Source of the DNA: Ascidiella aspersa
Lineage: Eukaryota
Reading direction: 5' to 3'
NCBI GenBank assembly: GCA_963924565.1
Contig: OZ004611.1
Coordinates: 22,692,001 to 22,756,000, forward strand
DNA length: 64,000 bases
Both the position numbers and the translations under genes were made by a program. Every line of letters begins with the position of its first letter. Within the stretch, counting starts at the first letter, position 1. The notes under the pieces are model-generated. The model did not search any database, was not told where the DNA came from, and saw nothing but the letters and a program-made list of their open reading frames with translations. Positions 10,161 to 24,500 of this stretch are shown here, one piece after another.

Positions 10161-13100
10161 TTCGAGTCTGTTTAAACGCTGCAAAGTAGTAAAGAGTCGC
10201 GGCACGTGTGACAGGAGATATTATAAGGTGAAGAAAATTCAGAGGCTAATAATGTTGGGAGTGTATTTTTTGTCTTTTTACACAAAGTACTATATATTTT
10301 ATTAACCCTAAAGACGTAAAACACTTTGTAAATGGTTGCTATTTTGGTTTTATATTCGCATAAAAGTGCGAAAGGCAACTCCAAATGCTGTTTTTCTGTC
10401 GAAATTTAGGCCAATTTTAAAATAACCTTAAAATTAAGATGGCAATTTTAACCCGTGTGTTTATGTTGCAAATAATGGCTATGCTGTTTGGCCAATATAT
10501 CACTTTTAAATTTAAAAAATAGGTCCAGGTACTGTCAAGCAGAATTCTTAAACTCGAGCAGATTTTTCTGAACCGTGAACTACCATGACCACTTAATTTT
10601 GTAATATGTGAACCCCGAACATCTTAAATGCGACAAGCCATATAACCGCTGTTTTTTTCGATTGACAAGCAAATAAGTGAATAATAGTTGGTTAAATGAT
10701 GTATTTTTTCGCCTTTAAGCCAGTTTCGTAATGGTTTGTAAAATATTCTGTGTGTATCAATTCCATAGGTCATCAAGGTTGTCCCCCCCCCCCTCCCACA
10801 TACACACAAAAATATGACATTGATCGACAATAAAATCGATACGAAAGCTGCGAACGTCCGTGATAAGAAAACTCGAATATATATGTGGAAAACAAAAGCA
10901 TCCCTTTTCCACAAAGGGTAAACCGGGTTAAAGGGGTCAAAAAAGCTAACACCGACGCTTTCTATACTCGCTACTTGTAACACGGAATGAATAGTCAGAC
11001 TCATATACGAGCTATTCTACGCGGTCGGGATATTTATTCAATACACAAGCGACAAATCGCCGCCCTTCTGTTACTAACAGCAAAGACGCGACAGGTTATT
11101 AGTAAATGTTTAACGCTGAAACGCAAAGCACACGAACAGCCCGGTCATTCACCCATACCCTTTATCACACTTGCGACATATATGATAGGCATATTTCATA
11201 AGCGATCAGTTTTCAGGAAGTGAACTGAGCTATTGCTAGTGCAGGTTGAGGCGCGGTGCGATGTTACGTCATGGTTTTGATGACTTCGGTAAACTTAGGG
11301 TTCGGTCACGGCCTTATAACCGTGGAAAGTTTTAGTTTTACGGAAGTCAATAAGGCATCGGGGAGAATAACTTTTATCTCTGACGAAATTTGTTATAAGT
11401 TTGCTTGTAAATGTGGACATTAGAGATATGTAACTATAGATCCTTTGAAAGAAAAGTCTGCCTATGGCAGTGGTCGGCAAACCAACGGTAGCCGCTTAAA
11501 TGTTGGCCTTTTAGCAATTTTTAGTCGCGAGCTTTCTTTATTTTTTTGACTTTTATCATGTAGTTCAGGGATGATAATCCTTTTCATCGCCCAGGTCACA
11601 AACACGATCTTAATCCCTAATAAAATGCGCAAGTGGGTCATATATTTCATTATATGCTATCTTAATTCGAAACTTTGCTGCTGCGTCCTCTCTAAGTGTT
11701 ATTTATTGTCTTGGGTTGGTAATTTAGGGTTTTTAGACGAAGGTTCCCAAGAATATTAAAATCCTAAGCAATTCATATAAGCTGCAGCCTTTTTAATGGA
11801 AGCACAGGAATTCGGCAAACAGCTTTTTAGCATGGTTTAACAAGGGCTTTCAGTTTTCTTTAGCGAGCTATTTTAATTTCCTAAAAGAATCGCCATCCAT
11901 CACATTTTACAGCGGTAAACAAAATGCTTTCAGTTGTCCGCTTTTCTGCACGCATTAGATAAAAAGCACAGTTAGAATTGATTGAACTTTTATCCTTTCC
12001 TGAAATGTTTGATTCTGTATTTCTTGAGAGACAAGTATGTTTTTTTTTAAATCGCTGGTCGGTGGTTCGCCATCCTGATGTACTGTAGTTAATAATCGCG
12101 TGAAAGCCTTATATCATTGTGTTGTGTTGAATAGAATGATGTAGCGTTTTTATTTTATTTTAGGCTAATTGTTGCACAACAGGGCTACCAGGTCATGCCT
12201 CAACAAACTATACTTTAAACAAGTTAATCTTCGAGAAAAAATAAATTGTATTTAGCCCAAAGCGCTTTGCATATTATGGGATCACCCCCTTGGGGAGAAC
12301 GAAGTTTTACGAATCGGAAATCGTATTTTTTTTAATGCAAGTGTTTGTGATAATGGCGAAAAATGAAAGTTTTCCTAAATTATCCATTATTTTGAGAAAT
12401 GGGCTAATGTTTTTTACCCCATACGTGTAACTTTCAACTTCAATTAGTTAACTATGTATACGAAAACATACATACACCCGGAAAACACCTATGACTGAAG
12501 TGCACAGTGTATTGTTGTACGTCACAATAGGCTATGTGTTCTCTCTGTTATTTACTGCCACATCATATTTTGTTTTTATTTAAATATCATCCAGCTAAGT
12601 TTATTAGTCTAATATGTTGGTACCAATATAGAGATTCCAAAGCTTACCATTTTTTTAGAGTCAGAGTAGGACGGTTATTTGAAACCGACTCAGCAGCCTT
12701 TAATTGCTGCAAAGAGATGATTCCCCAAATGTAAAAAATGCCAAAATGGAAAAATTGTTTGGAAGCTTTTACACCAAAATTTGACATTTGTTTTGGAAGA
12801 AGTTTTTTAGTAACTATCTTTACAGTATTTTAGCGACGATCGAGTTTTTTAAACCAGTATAGTGAAGTGCGTGAGATACAAAACCTACCCTTGTTTTCAG
12901 TTCTACCAATTAGAAGTCAACTGACCTTTGCAGATTTGTGAAATAATTCGTCTTATTATAGACCCGTTGTTCGAATTCCACGCTTTAATGCTTATCAAGA
13001 AGTAATTTTTGACATTTTTACTTAGTTAAGGAGAAGCTGCCTTAAGAGGTTACAAAACTTGCAATGTCGCATGTTTTGCATATTGTTTGTGTGCGTTTAG

Positions 13101-15578
13101 TACTTTTGCTTGGAGTGCGCAACATGACGAAAGTGTATTTTTGGCTAGCAAGGTTGCCCGACGAATGTTTCAAATCAATACTAAATTACAAGCAGGTTAA
13201 AATACAATGCCATTACATCACTGACACGATATATTCTGGTTTCGCATTGTATGTGGAACATTTGTAATTATTACTACATAACGATACCAGGCGGTTAGGT
13301 AAAGTATCAGCCATCGAGTCATGTTTGTATGTAAATTAGTTATGCCGGTTACAAATTCGATGACGCAATTCACGTTCAGGCGTTCGAACCAACGCACATG
13401 AATTCTTTCGAGTTTCCAATCTTTTCAACGTGATAAAAATTGTCGACCATTAATATGCAAAGTGCAACTTATATTTAAACTTTTTTGAAGAGCATCTTTA
13501 ATACCAAGTTGCATTTTACCTTGGCGCATAGTGCAGGTATATAAACTGCGGCCTTTACAACTGCCGTGTAAATGCTTTCGCTCCACAGTGGAACGGCTTA
13601 GGACAAAATAAAAGTGCAAACTGGCACAGCAGATAAGCTCACTGCTAGCTACATCCGGTCATAACGCCACACAAAGGCTCAGCCTATTCATGCAGTTAGT
13701 TCAGGCAGCGAACGTTGCAGTTCAACCCCTTGCCAGAATGTTCACAGAAAGTTTATGCAATTTAAAGCTTTAAAATACTTTACTCAAGTCATACTATAAT
13801 CTTGAACTGTATGCAGTCACTAGCTTGCTTCGCGAATTATCATAAACTAAAAGCAAATTTGTCTTTTAAGCAAATTTTGTGTAGTCGTCAATTGTGAAAC
13901 GTTATTGCGGGTGTATATTTTTGTTGTTGTACTGTATTCTTCAACTAGGAAAGTAATTCATTTTTACAATTAAAGTCAGGTGCCATATTATAGTCTAGTT
14001 TTTCAGCAGGAAATGTTACACCGGAGCGCTGTGCTATTTGCATGTCACATAGACTGAGATTGTTGTGGTTGTTTTGCTATTTTAGGTCTACTTGAATCGT
14101 GAAATGTTTGCCAATTTGGTTACCAACGTTTATTCAGTTGCGCAAGCGTAAAGCATTGGTTTGGTGCTTTCGGTTTTTGTAGCCGCAACTGAAATAGACT
14201 TTGAAACTAACCATCACATTAAAAATTAAACGCTGCCTAAAAAAAGAAAATTAAAAACAAGAAATTAAAAAATTTCTACTAGAACACACAATGAGCCAGC
14301 TCAAGTTTTACATTTGGTTTGAAATTAAATGCAACTTTATTTTTACCCGGCAGTTGTTTTCATATATAGATGCTTAACTTCAACGCCAACCCTTGCTATA
14401 GACTGAGTCCAACTTAACGTTATAAAAACGTGCTGCGTAACAGCCCTTTTGGATAATGATGAAAATTAAAAATTATACCATAAAGGGTGTGACATCAGTT
14501 TCTTATTGAACACACATTAAGACCTACAAGGCAACAATATCTTAAGCAAAATATTCTATTATACCGTGGTAATAGGATCAACGACATAAAAAGCCAAATA
14601 CACAGTGATATCAGCCATTGCATCGGCCGTTTGGTTTGTTTAGGCGACTATTTTGACGAGCGCCGTTATGGTACTGTTTTGTTTGTCCCTGTTTGGGGTT
14701 ACTGGGGCAAGGGTTAAAAATTAGGTGAAGGTTCAAACTTCGGATTAAGGACTTATTCCACTTTACACGGGACTACGACTATTTAGGTATTAGACCTATT
14801 TTGGTCTTATTCCGAACTGTGTTTTATTCCAACGTTAAAGTCGTTTTTACTACGGTCTTATAGCTTGAGTTCTTTTCTATAGGAATGGGAATGTCATCCT
14901 GGCTTCCTAAACTTACACCATGGCATGATAATTTGAAATTAAGTCAAAAGTATCAATTTTTTTAAGAAGTCATTTACATGAGATGATGCAAAAAATATGT
15001 CGATTATTGCCGATTTTTGTACAGTCATAATTGAATTTTTTTTTATATTTTTGCATCCCTGGTTAACCACCTGTCATCGCTTTAGTTGTCTGTGGTTCGT
15101 GTTTTTCGGATTTTGATACAAAAATATCGAAGTTTAGCCGGTTACCTATTACCTATTGGGGCCTATATTATTGAAAATTACTATACGGTGTATTTATGAT
15201 TTGGCGGGTTGAATATTTCAAGAATCACGTCACACAACTCACGCATCACGTCACACAACCACCTCATAAATAAAAAAAGCTATAGATAATACAATTTAAT
15301 TGCGAAAAATATTGTGAAAAAAAAAATCAGATTGCGTTTGTGGTCATCTGTGGCCTAAAGTAATTCTTAAAGGTGAACAAAGCTAAACATAAAAAATGAC
15401 AAAATGTATATACCCTAATATTCACCTTCTATAAATTGTATTTCAGTTACCGCCAGAACTTTTTTAAAAAGTGGCGTTAATAGCATTAGTCAAATAGTTC
15501 GTCTTTAAAATTAATATATTTCCGCGCAACTGATTTATTAGCAACCGCCTGAAAGGTTGTTGACTATTTGAAACCACA

Positions 15579-18500
15579 ATGAAGTACACATTGGAAGACA
15601 ACGATAATGACGGCACTACGTTCCATTCGCAATACAACAAGAAGGAAAGCTATTCCAACGAAGCGTTCACGCACGAAACAGGTTGGAAATTTTTTTACTT
15701 GAATTTACATTCTGCGTAGAAAGCACGACGGTTTTGGGTTATTTGCAAGCTTGATAAAAGGCCTGTCAACATAAACAAACACACTTGTGAATAAATGGGT
15801 AATCAATGGTTTAGCAATGTGTTGTAATGAAATTTGCAGGGTTGTAATCACTTAAGACAATAACTCTTCTTAACGTTTTATTTTTATGACAAGGACATGG
15901 CTTGAGGTTGACTTGCTCTAATTATGACATGACTGGGACTTGACTTGCGCAACTAATGACTTGGACTTGACTTGGTATTTATTCAAAAAGACTTGACTTG
16001 GACTTAACTTGTTTTACAAATGACTTGACTGCGACTTAAGTCATTTTAAAATGACTTGTTCACGACACTGGAAATTTGCATGTGTTTCGATGTGTGTAGC
16101 CTTTGTTGGACGCAAAACTGTGGTAGGAAACGCCCCGCGGCGACTTATTGTATAATGTATTTGCAACACCTATACTCGAAATAGTAGAGAGAAGTGACTT
16201 TGCACTCTGGCCATAAACTTGTAATCAGATGACTCAGCGCGACCAGCAACGGCTGACGTAGTCCAACTATAACAGATCGCCTTGTTAATCAAACAGGACA
16301 CGTAAAGCCAATATTTTACATCAGGTCAAGTCAGAGCGTTCAAATTTCTAGACGGCTTTAGGAAAGTTATTTCTTTGTCTTACGATTGTCCGCAAATATG
16401 GGCGAACCAATGTTAAGGCCAAACAATGACCTCTCACATAGATTTATGGCACCGGAAAATGCTCAAATGCTTCAGTGTGAATTTAATGTTTTGTTTTCAT
16501 GGACGATTTCTGCCTTGTCGGCAAAACATACTAATGTAGTGTGGTTCTTTAATGTCGAAATTGTTATTATTGTGAACCTATTCTAGAAAATCTAATGAAG
16601 GTTACGAATCTTGTAATTTTCAAAATATTAATAAAATACTTAGATTTCCTAATTTAACTACTTCTCTTGCTACTACCTTACAATATAGTGTATGTCAACG
16701 GCTGACTATTTAGCGTAGGGTTACCATATACATCAGGATCTTTTCTGGCAAGTCTGGAACTTTAGTGCTACACACTTTGTATCCGTGAGGAATTTTTTAC
16801 CAATTAAGTTTATATGGTAAAAATAGGAAAAAGTCGTTTGCCTTCAATAAGTTGAAGCAATGTATACTTACGTAGCACTTTATTGGTGCTGTTAAAAGTG
16901 GTTATCCATCCTGTCATAAATATGTCCGGGACTTTGCCTGTCCAAAAATGGCAGCCCTAATACTATAGCACCTTAACTTAAATGTTTGATTTAACACATT
17001 TACCAGAGCAAATAAGCTTGTCTCTCTGCTATCCGAAATGCCCTATTTCAACATCTGGACACAACGTTTTTTTCTATGGATATTCGAAAAAAAAGTTTTT
17101 CTAACCAACGTGTTGTTTGTCAAACAGAATTCCGCGATGGGGGCATTACTGATGCTAACGGAAAGGGGTAAGAACTTTGGTTGTCACCTTTCTAAATCAG
17201 TGTGTCAGTGGTACTGCGACTTATTTAATATAGCAAAATGCCTATTTAAAAATTGAAGAATACAATCCATTAAAAAGATTGTTTCGCGTCTTTTTGAACC
17301 GTGGTTAATTTGGATTTTTTGGATTAGAAAAAACTATAGCAGAAGTCAGATAAACATAATCATATCGCACACAGTATATTTATTGGTTTACATGTTTAAA
17401 ATAAAAACAATTTGTTCGTAAAGCGCCTAGTTGTCGATCTGCTTGTTAATAACGTTCCCTCAACTAATCCGACAGAAGCAAAAACGCGGTATATTTTAGT
17501 ACACAATGCCAGTCGTAAAGGTGACTTTACAGCCGTTACGACAAGTACCGTTACGAGGAATAAACCGGTCGCAAAGCAGGCAATGCAAATTTGCTTTTCC
17601 GCGTGCTCAAACTAAGCGATGTCGCTTTGTTATTGCTTCTTATTTCTTAACTCTTTTGACGACTTGCTTCCGTTTTAGGCAGAGATCTTTGGAGGAGGTA
17701 GTTGCCAAGCAACGACGCAAGAGCAGCAAGTAAGTGTAAGACTTCACTTCGTTGCCCATCCTTTAGGCCAGAGCTTCTTAAACTTTTTTATTTTGGTGTT
17801 GTTCACCCCTAGCATATATCTCCAGATTCCATTCACCCTTGTCTCATGATAGGATAAAACTATCTCGTCTATATATAACAGCACAAAATGAACACCCGGA
17901 ATATCCGCCCTGCTCGCAAGCTATCATCCATTTCTGAGGATTCACCCTTATTCACCCCTTTTGATTGGTTCACCCCTGCAAAAATTTGTTTCACCTTGGG
18001 GTGAACCATTCACCTGATTAAGAAACACTGCTATAAACTTTCAGGACAAATTTACCTTTAACCAATTGTCTCGTCCAAACGATTTTTCAACTTTAGTAGA
18101 AGCCTTAAATTCGGTATTTCCCCAAAATACCACATGACTATAATGATTATAGTTATTATTACTTGAATCAATTCATTGACATGTTTTAGTACTGTTTCAA
18201 CTACCTTGTAGGCCTGGTCCTAAATTTATGAAAATTGTATTTGTCTGCTATAGAAAACACAAAAAGAAGAAGAAAAAGAAGAAGGGCGGAAAAAAGAAAA
18301 AAGAGGAGAAATTGAAGTTGGAACAAGTATCGTTTGGCCAACTGGTATGTTAGAATATTGTGTTACCTCGTGTTTAGTAACTTGTGTCCGTATAACCTCA
18401 TCGCTTATAAAAAAATATATATTTGATTAAATATTTTTGCGGATAATCATTTGCATAACTCGACCGACACTAGAAATTATATCATTTACACCTTTGTCTT

Positions 18501-21500
18501 TATTCGAAAAATTTCTAGGTCGTTATTTGACGTTTTAACTACAGGTTCGAAAAAGGGACAGTTAATTTCCTTTGGGTTTGTTGCAGTTTCGTTATGCCAA
18601 CTGCTACGATGTGATACTGATGGTGACTGGCACTTTAGGGGCGATGGTACACGGAGCCGCCTTCCCATATATGATGACAAGTAAGGCACTTATAAACAGG
18701 CGTTTCGTTATAAATTCACGCCCGGGTAGCACAATGTTATTATTCTAAAGTGAAAAACATGAAAGGGCAAGTTTTGTAAAACTACCAAACCCGGTTAAAA
18801 CTCACAAACACTGATTTGTTTAATATATGAAATAAGCCTTTTTTGCAACACCCAAAAAGCGTAAAATGTCATTGAATACAGCGATATCCGATAATATCGA
18901 ATCGGAGCCGATACCCGGCGCCAAGTGGTAGTATCGATACTCGTCCGATATTAGAGTGGTATCGTTGCCGATCCAATAATAAACTAATATAGGTGTTTTA
19001 GCCATGATTTGTCATCCAATGCAGCAATTACTAACTTACAAGTTATATTCATTAAAAATGATAGTAGGTTAACAACTTATAGTAATGAAATATCTACAGA
19101 AAATTTAACTTAATAACCTGGGAAAAATTATCCTTGAACGTTTTAATTTAAGCAATTCCGTTTATTATAGTTATGACGTCATTGTGATTGGGTCGAATAC
19201 TTGTTGTTTAAATATCGAGTATCGCTTTTGGGATGAAATGTCAAGTATCGGACAACCCTATCATTGACCATCTTACAGCGTTAAATAACGCTTATTGCTT
19301 TATTTACAATAAAAATCCATTTTTAAAGTTCATAGCTTCACGGTACGGTTTTCGTTGGCAGTTTTCGGCCAGATGATTGACACCTTTATCAACTACAGCG
19401 TTTGCACGCAAGCGACCAACTTTACCTGTACACAGGAGGAAATCGACAACTACTACAACACAACCGGCATTGACCCGGACAACGAGACAAACCCATTGGT
19501 GTAAGTTAGCCAAAGCGGTTTTACGAGACTAGTTAACAGTATAGGACGCACAAGAATCTTTGGTTTGCAATTCAATAAATAACTGATTTTGTAATAAAAA
19601 CGATCTTATTTGACAAGTAGGGAAGGAAACCGTTTACGAAGTTAACCAAAGCAGTAACGACGAGACTAGATAACAGTAGGACGCAAAACAATCCTTGGTT
19701 TAGGATTCAATAAAAGCCTGGTTTTGTAGTAAAAGCGATCTTATTTGGCAAGTAGGGAAGCAAACGGTTTACGATTTATATGGGAATCAATTTTAAGTTT
19801 GTTACAGGTGGTGATGATGGTAAATTTAATGTCAATCATTAAAAGATTTTGTTGGTAAACTTCCGTTCAGCTTAATTACTGATTAAATACGTTTTTCTGT
19901 TCCTTCCGTTCCAAAACAAAGTTAATTTGTTATAGTTTTCGATAATTTCGAGGTATCTCTCCATTTTTGTGTGATAATAATAAGGCAACAAAAAAAATTT
20001 GCGGTTTACAGATATCACCGATTATATAAGCCTAAGTTGAACAAAATAGATACGCTGTATATTTTCTAAAATATATATAAGTATCTCATTGTGGGACGCA
20101 CAAAATTTGCAATAAAAGTTGGTCGCGAACTCTGAAAGCTTAGAAAGCACTGTACTAGAAATTTGGTAAAACAAAAAGGATTTAACAAAGAAGTTGATTC
20201 GAATTGGCACTGAGGTAGGAAGCATACTATAGTTGGGGACTTCTAATAAGTACAATTAGCGTTCTCTAACTTTTGTACAAAATGTTGTGCTGTTGGACTT
20301 AATATTTAGGTTCCTTCCTGAATGCACTTTATGGTTTCAAAACGAAGTTATGGTAAAATTTGTGACTCTGCTGATTTTTTGTTAATGTCTATAATCGTTT
20401 AAATTTGATCAGCACGCATTTACGGTGCGTTGTTAATTGCTTGCAGGCCAATTGATGTGGAGTACGAACTGACAATTATCAGCTACTACTACGTTGGAAT
20501 TGCCTGTGCTGTAATCGTGTGTGGATATTTTCAGGTAAGAAACCTACTTCAAACATGTGAAACATGCAAAAAGTATATTTAGATCAGTGATACGACTAGT
20601 TCCAAAAGCAGAAAACTACTAGCAAGACTAATATTAGTTCTCCGTGGAAATTGAGACATTAGCCCCGGGTGGACTAGCCTAAATCGACAACGTCACACCA
20701 TTTTACACTTATGTATGCGTAGCGTAAACCTTAAGAAAGGTCTACCCACGGTGGAATTCGAACTCCCGACCTCGGCAATTCCGGGTAGCCGCAGGTGATA
20801 ACCTTTTGTACTCCTTCAGGTCGGCAACTGGGTGTTGGCTTCCACGAGGCAAACGCGAAAGATCCGCGAGCTCTTCTTTCGTTCGATCATGCGCCAGGAG
20901 ATCGGCTGGTTCGACGTGCACCACATGGGCGAGCTCAACACAAGGATGAACGAGTGAGTGCAGCAGCTATTAATGGAACCAATACGTGTTAGACGCGATA
21001 CATATTATGGGCTACGCTTGGCTCGTGCGGGTTAAAGTGCATATGACGGCTGTTTCTGACCAAGTTACTCTGTAGTGTGATTCTGCTGCAACGGACTTTT
21101 CATTCAAAACAAACAATCTTTAAATTTGTGCCAGTTTGACTACATTCGTCAAATCGGTTGAGTTACTTCCATTAACAAACTAATTAAATTTCTTCAATAT
21201 TTCCACTATACTAATAGTATTTTACCGTAGCTATTAATAAGACGCCCGAGTATTTTGTTTTTACGCCTAACATATACTGTACTTGTCTCTTTCCAAGGGT
21301 TTTTACTACAGACTTATTAAAAAGTATTAAAAAAATCGCCCAAGTTAAGAAACGGATTAAAGGTAAAATAGGTCGACTATTTAAAAACCAAAGTGTGATT
21401 TGAATAGCGTTTCAAATTATGGTTCTTAGTTAGCAACATAATAATAAAAAATGCTCTTGGATTTCTAGCGACGTGAACAAAATCAGCGACGCCATTGCCG

Positions 21501-24500
21501 ACAAGTTCAGCGTGTTCATTCAGCGCATCACCACGTTTATCGGGGGCATCATAGTGGGCTTTATTAATGGCTGGCAACTGACACTGGTCATCATGGCAAT
21601 CAGCCCTTTGCTGGGCGGAGGCGCAGCGCTCATGGGACGGGTGAGTGTAGCGCTCATGTGACTGATATTGATATCTATTAGTGTTAATAAGTCGAATTTG
21701 ATACAGGTATAAATATGCTATTGCTACCAGGCATATGGTAGGACAAGGTTGCCTGAGTATGGACTTGGGGATTACATCAACGTGCCATTAGGTAGCGCCA
21801 ATTCCTAATTATTTTTTGAAGCACCCAATGGTAGCCATCATTTTAACACAAAAACATTTCAGTAGGCTGACGGCGTTTTTACAACATATCAATCTAAAGA
21901 AAATAGGGGTGTTTTCTTGGTGGTTTTATTATTTTTATATCTGAGTTATTTCATATTTGTTGAAGTTGTATAAAATATTTGTTGAAGTTGTATAAAGTGA
22001 GGAACTATTTGTTGCAACCTACATTTTGGGTTATTGTGACAAAAAAATGGACTTACCATTACCTCTTTTTAAGAAGCTAAGATTTTGTTATAGTTTAAAA
22101 GTTTTCAACTAACAAATTTTATTATGGTTGGTTTTAAATTTTTGATGTATGACGTAAAACATTTTATACGGTTTCCCTATCCATAAAATACGTTAAGAAA
22201 TGCACCTGGTTAAAATGGATCACCGTATTAACATGTTTGTAAGAAATATTGCAAATGCAGGTAAAACTTCACTTAACGAAATCCATACCTGTTCGAATTG
22301 AAACAAAATTATTGTTTAAAATTCCACTAAAAAACAAACGAGCAAACAGACAAGATTTGGCCTAGGTCGTATGTGTTGAAAGCTATCAACACAGGCAGAA
22401 TATTTGTATAATTTACAGTGTAAAAATATAGACACAACAAAACTAAAGTTCCAAGACAGTCGCTCTTTGCGACGCACTTGTCCTGTTAAATTAAAAATAT
22501 TAATTTTCGCTTACCACAGCAAATTCGTTCTAAGATTCTGTGAAATTGTTCTAAATAGGCTAGTTTTAAACTTATGTGAGTGTAGCAGGTGGAGTTAAAG
22601 TTGTGTTTAATGCTTGTGGTACAAATTGATCTATTTAAAACAACGGATTCTTCCTGTCCCATTTTGCGAATCACACTGTCCCCTCATATGAAACTCTGGT
22701 TTCTAAAGACGGGACACAACAACGTTTTTTCTAAGACGATTTTATAAAAAAAGTTAGAACGTTAGAGGCAAAGTTATAAGAGTTTTTTAAGCGAAAAGGG
22801 CAGAGGTATCAAGTAGGCATGATATTATTCAAAATTATTGTTATAACTGAGAACTACAATCATTTGAAAAATACGTGTCCCATCATGGGCAACCTTCCCC
22901 TATACTGGTAGTAAAAATAAGATATCCGGCAATTGCTTATTTTATCCTATGTTTAAGCTACGTATATACAGGATGCCTTTATCAGGGAATGCAACAAGAC
23001 GTTAAACGTCACACAAAAAAGGAGAAAAATATGCGATGACCAACGAATTCCTTATATTTCCTGATACAGTATAGATAGCTCAAACGACGGATAAAATAAA
23101 ATAAAGTAGCGGAAGAGTTTTGATATAGGTGTATTCCATGGTGAGAAACCAAACACGGGGATTTTTATTTGAAATTTTTTGTCAGAAAATTCTGATATTT
23201 TTATTGAACTTTATCATCCACCAACGTTATATTAAAACTGCGGCTCATTGGTTACTGTGGCCACTATGTGTTAATTAGAATCTTTTTTAATAAATTTTAT
23301 TGGGCGCCAGGTAGAATAACCAAGACTCAGCTGCCTAGCGTGTTAAAGTGAGCAAACTAGAACCCCCAACTATTATTTGAAATTTACTTGTAGTTTGTGG
23401 CCAACATGACGAGCAAAGAGCTAAAGGCCTATGCTGCAGCCGGGGCCGTGGCCGAGGAAGTCTTGTCCTCCATCAGAACGGTGGCTGCCTTTAGTGGAGA
23501 GAAGAAAGAAGTCGAAAGGTGGAGCTCATAGTGATTTGGAAACTCAATTTTGGCCGCCGTTGCACATAATACATAAACTGTTTTAAACATTGTATACTAA
23601 ATATTTAACGATATGATTGTTGTTTTGCTTTAATTAAAATCCCAGGATAAAAATGACTTTTCTGGCAGATATGGCCAAACTGTTAGATGAAGGCAAATAT
23701 TTAAAGTTGATGTAGATGTACATCTAACATTTAAACCAGGGGCGTGCAACCTTTCATACTGCCGGGCCAAATATGGGTATTCGGTTTAGACCACGGACCA
23801 CTTGTATATCTCGTCGTCTACCTGTTAGTGCAGTGGTCGGCAAACTTATTGTTGCGGCCCAAAGTAGTCTTTTCAGAGCTAAATAAAGGCCCACTACGTA
23901 AAACCACTACGAAAACAGTGGCGGATTCAGGGGAATATTTGATTTTAAGGTGAAATATTCTACGGCGCTTAATGGCCCAAACACTGCCATGCTATAATAT
24001 AAAACATTATATAAAAAAATAAAATTTGCGTTTACATAGAGTTAAAGTTGGCAAAAAATATAGTTTAAAGGCTCACAAGACCACATTTGGCACGTGGGTC
24101 TGTCCAAGCTGAGCCAATTTAAAACATTATATGCCACACCAATTGTTAAAATAAAGTGCAATGAATGTACTTCTATCAATCGGCCAACAACTACGGTTCA
24201 TGACAAGACCAAGCCATTCAAAAATAACTCGCGGTCCCCAGTTGGCCTACGACTGTGTTATAACTACCGTACCACAAAAAAAATTGCTCACACACGTTCG
24301 TTGAACCGAACGAGCCACCTTAAAAGCGACGAACTTTCTCAGCTGTGGAAACTTATTTAGATCGAGATGTTCGCGGTAAAAAACTACTTTTTAGCTGCGC
24401 TGCGCAGAGAAATTTGTTTCTTTTTTATAATTCACATGAACATTGAAATTGAATATAAAACAATTACATTTTAAATGAGTGAAAAAGATCAAACGGACAT

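Noticed and set aside
8477-13619. Short ORFs (60-126 aa) in the ZP-ABCB11 intergenic region
   Set aside because: No recognisable domains, AT-rich composition and no consistent splice chain.
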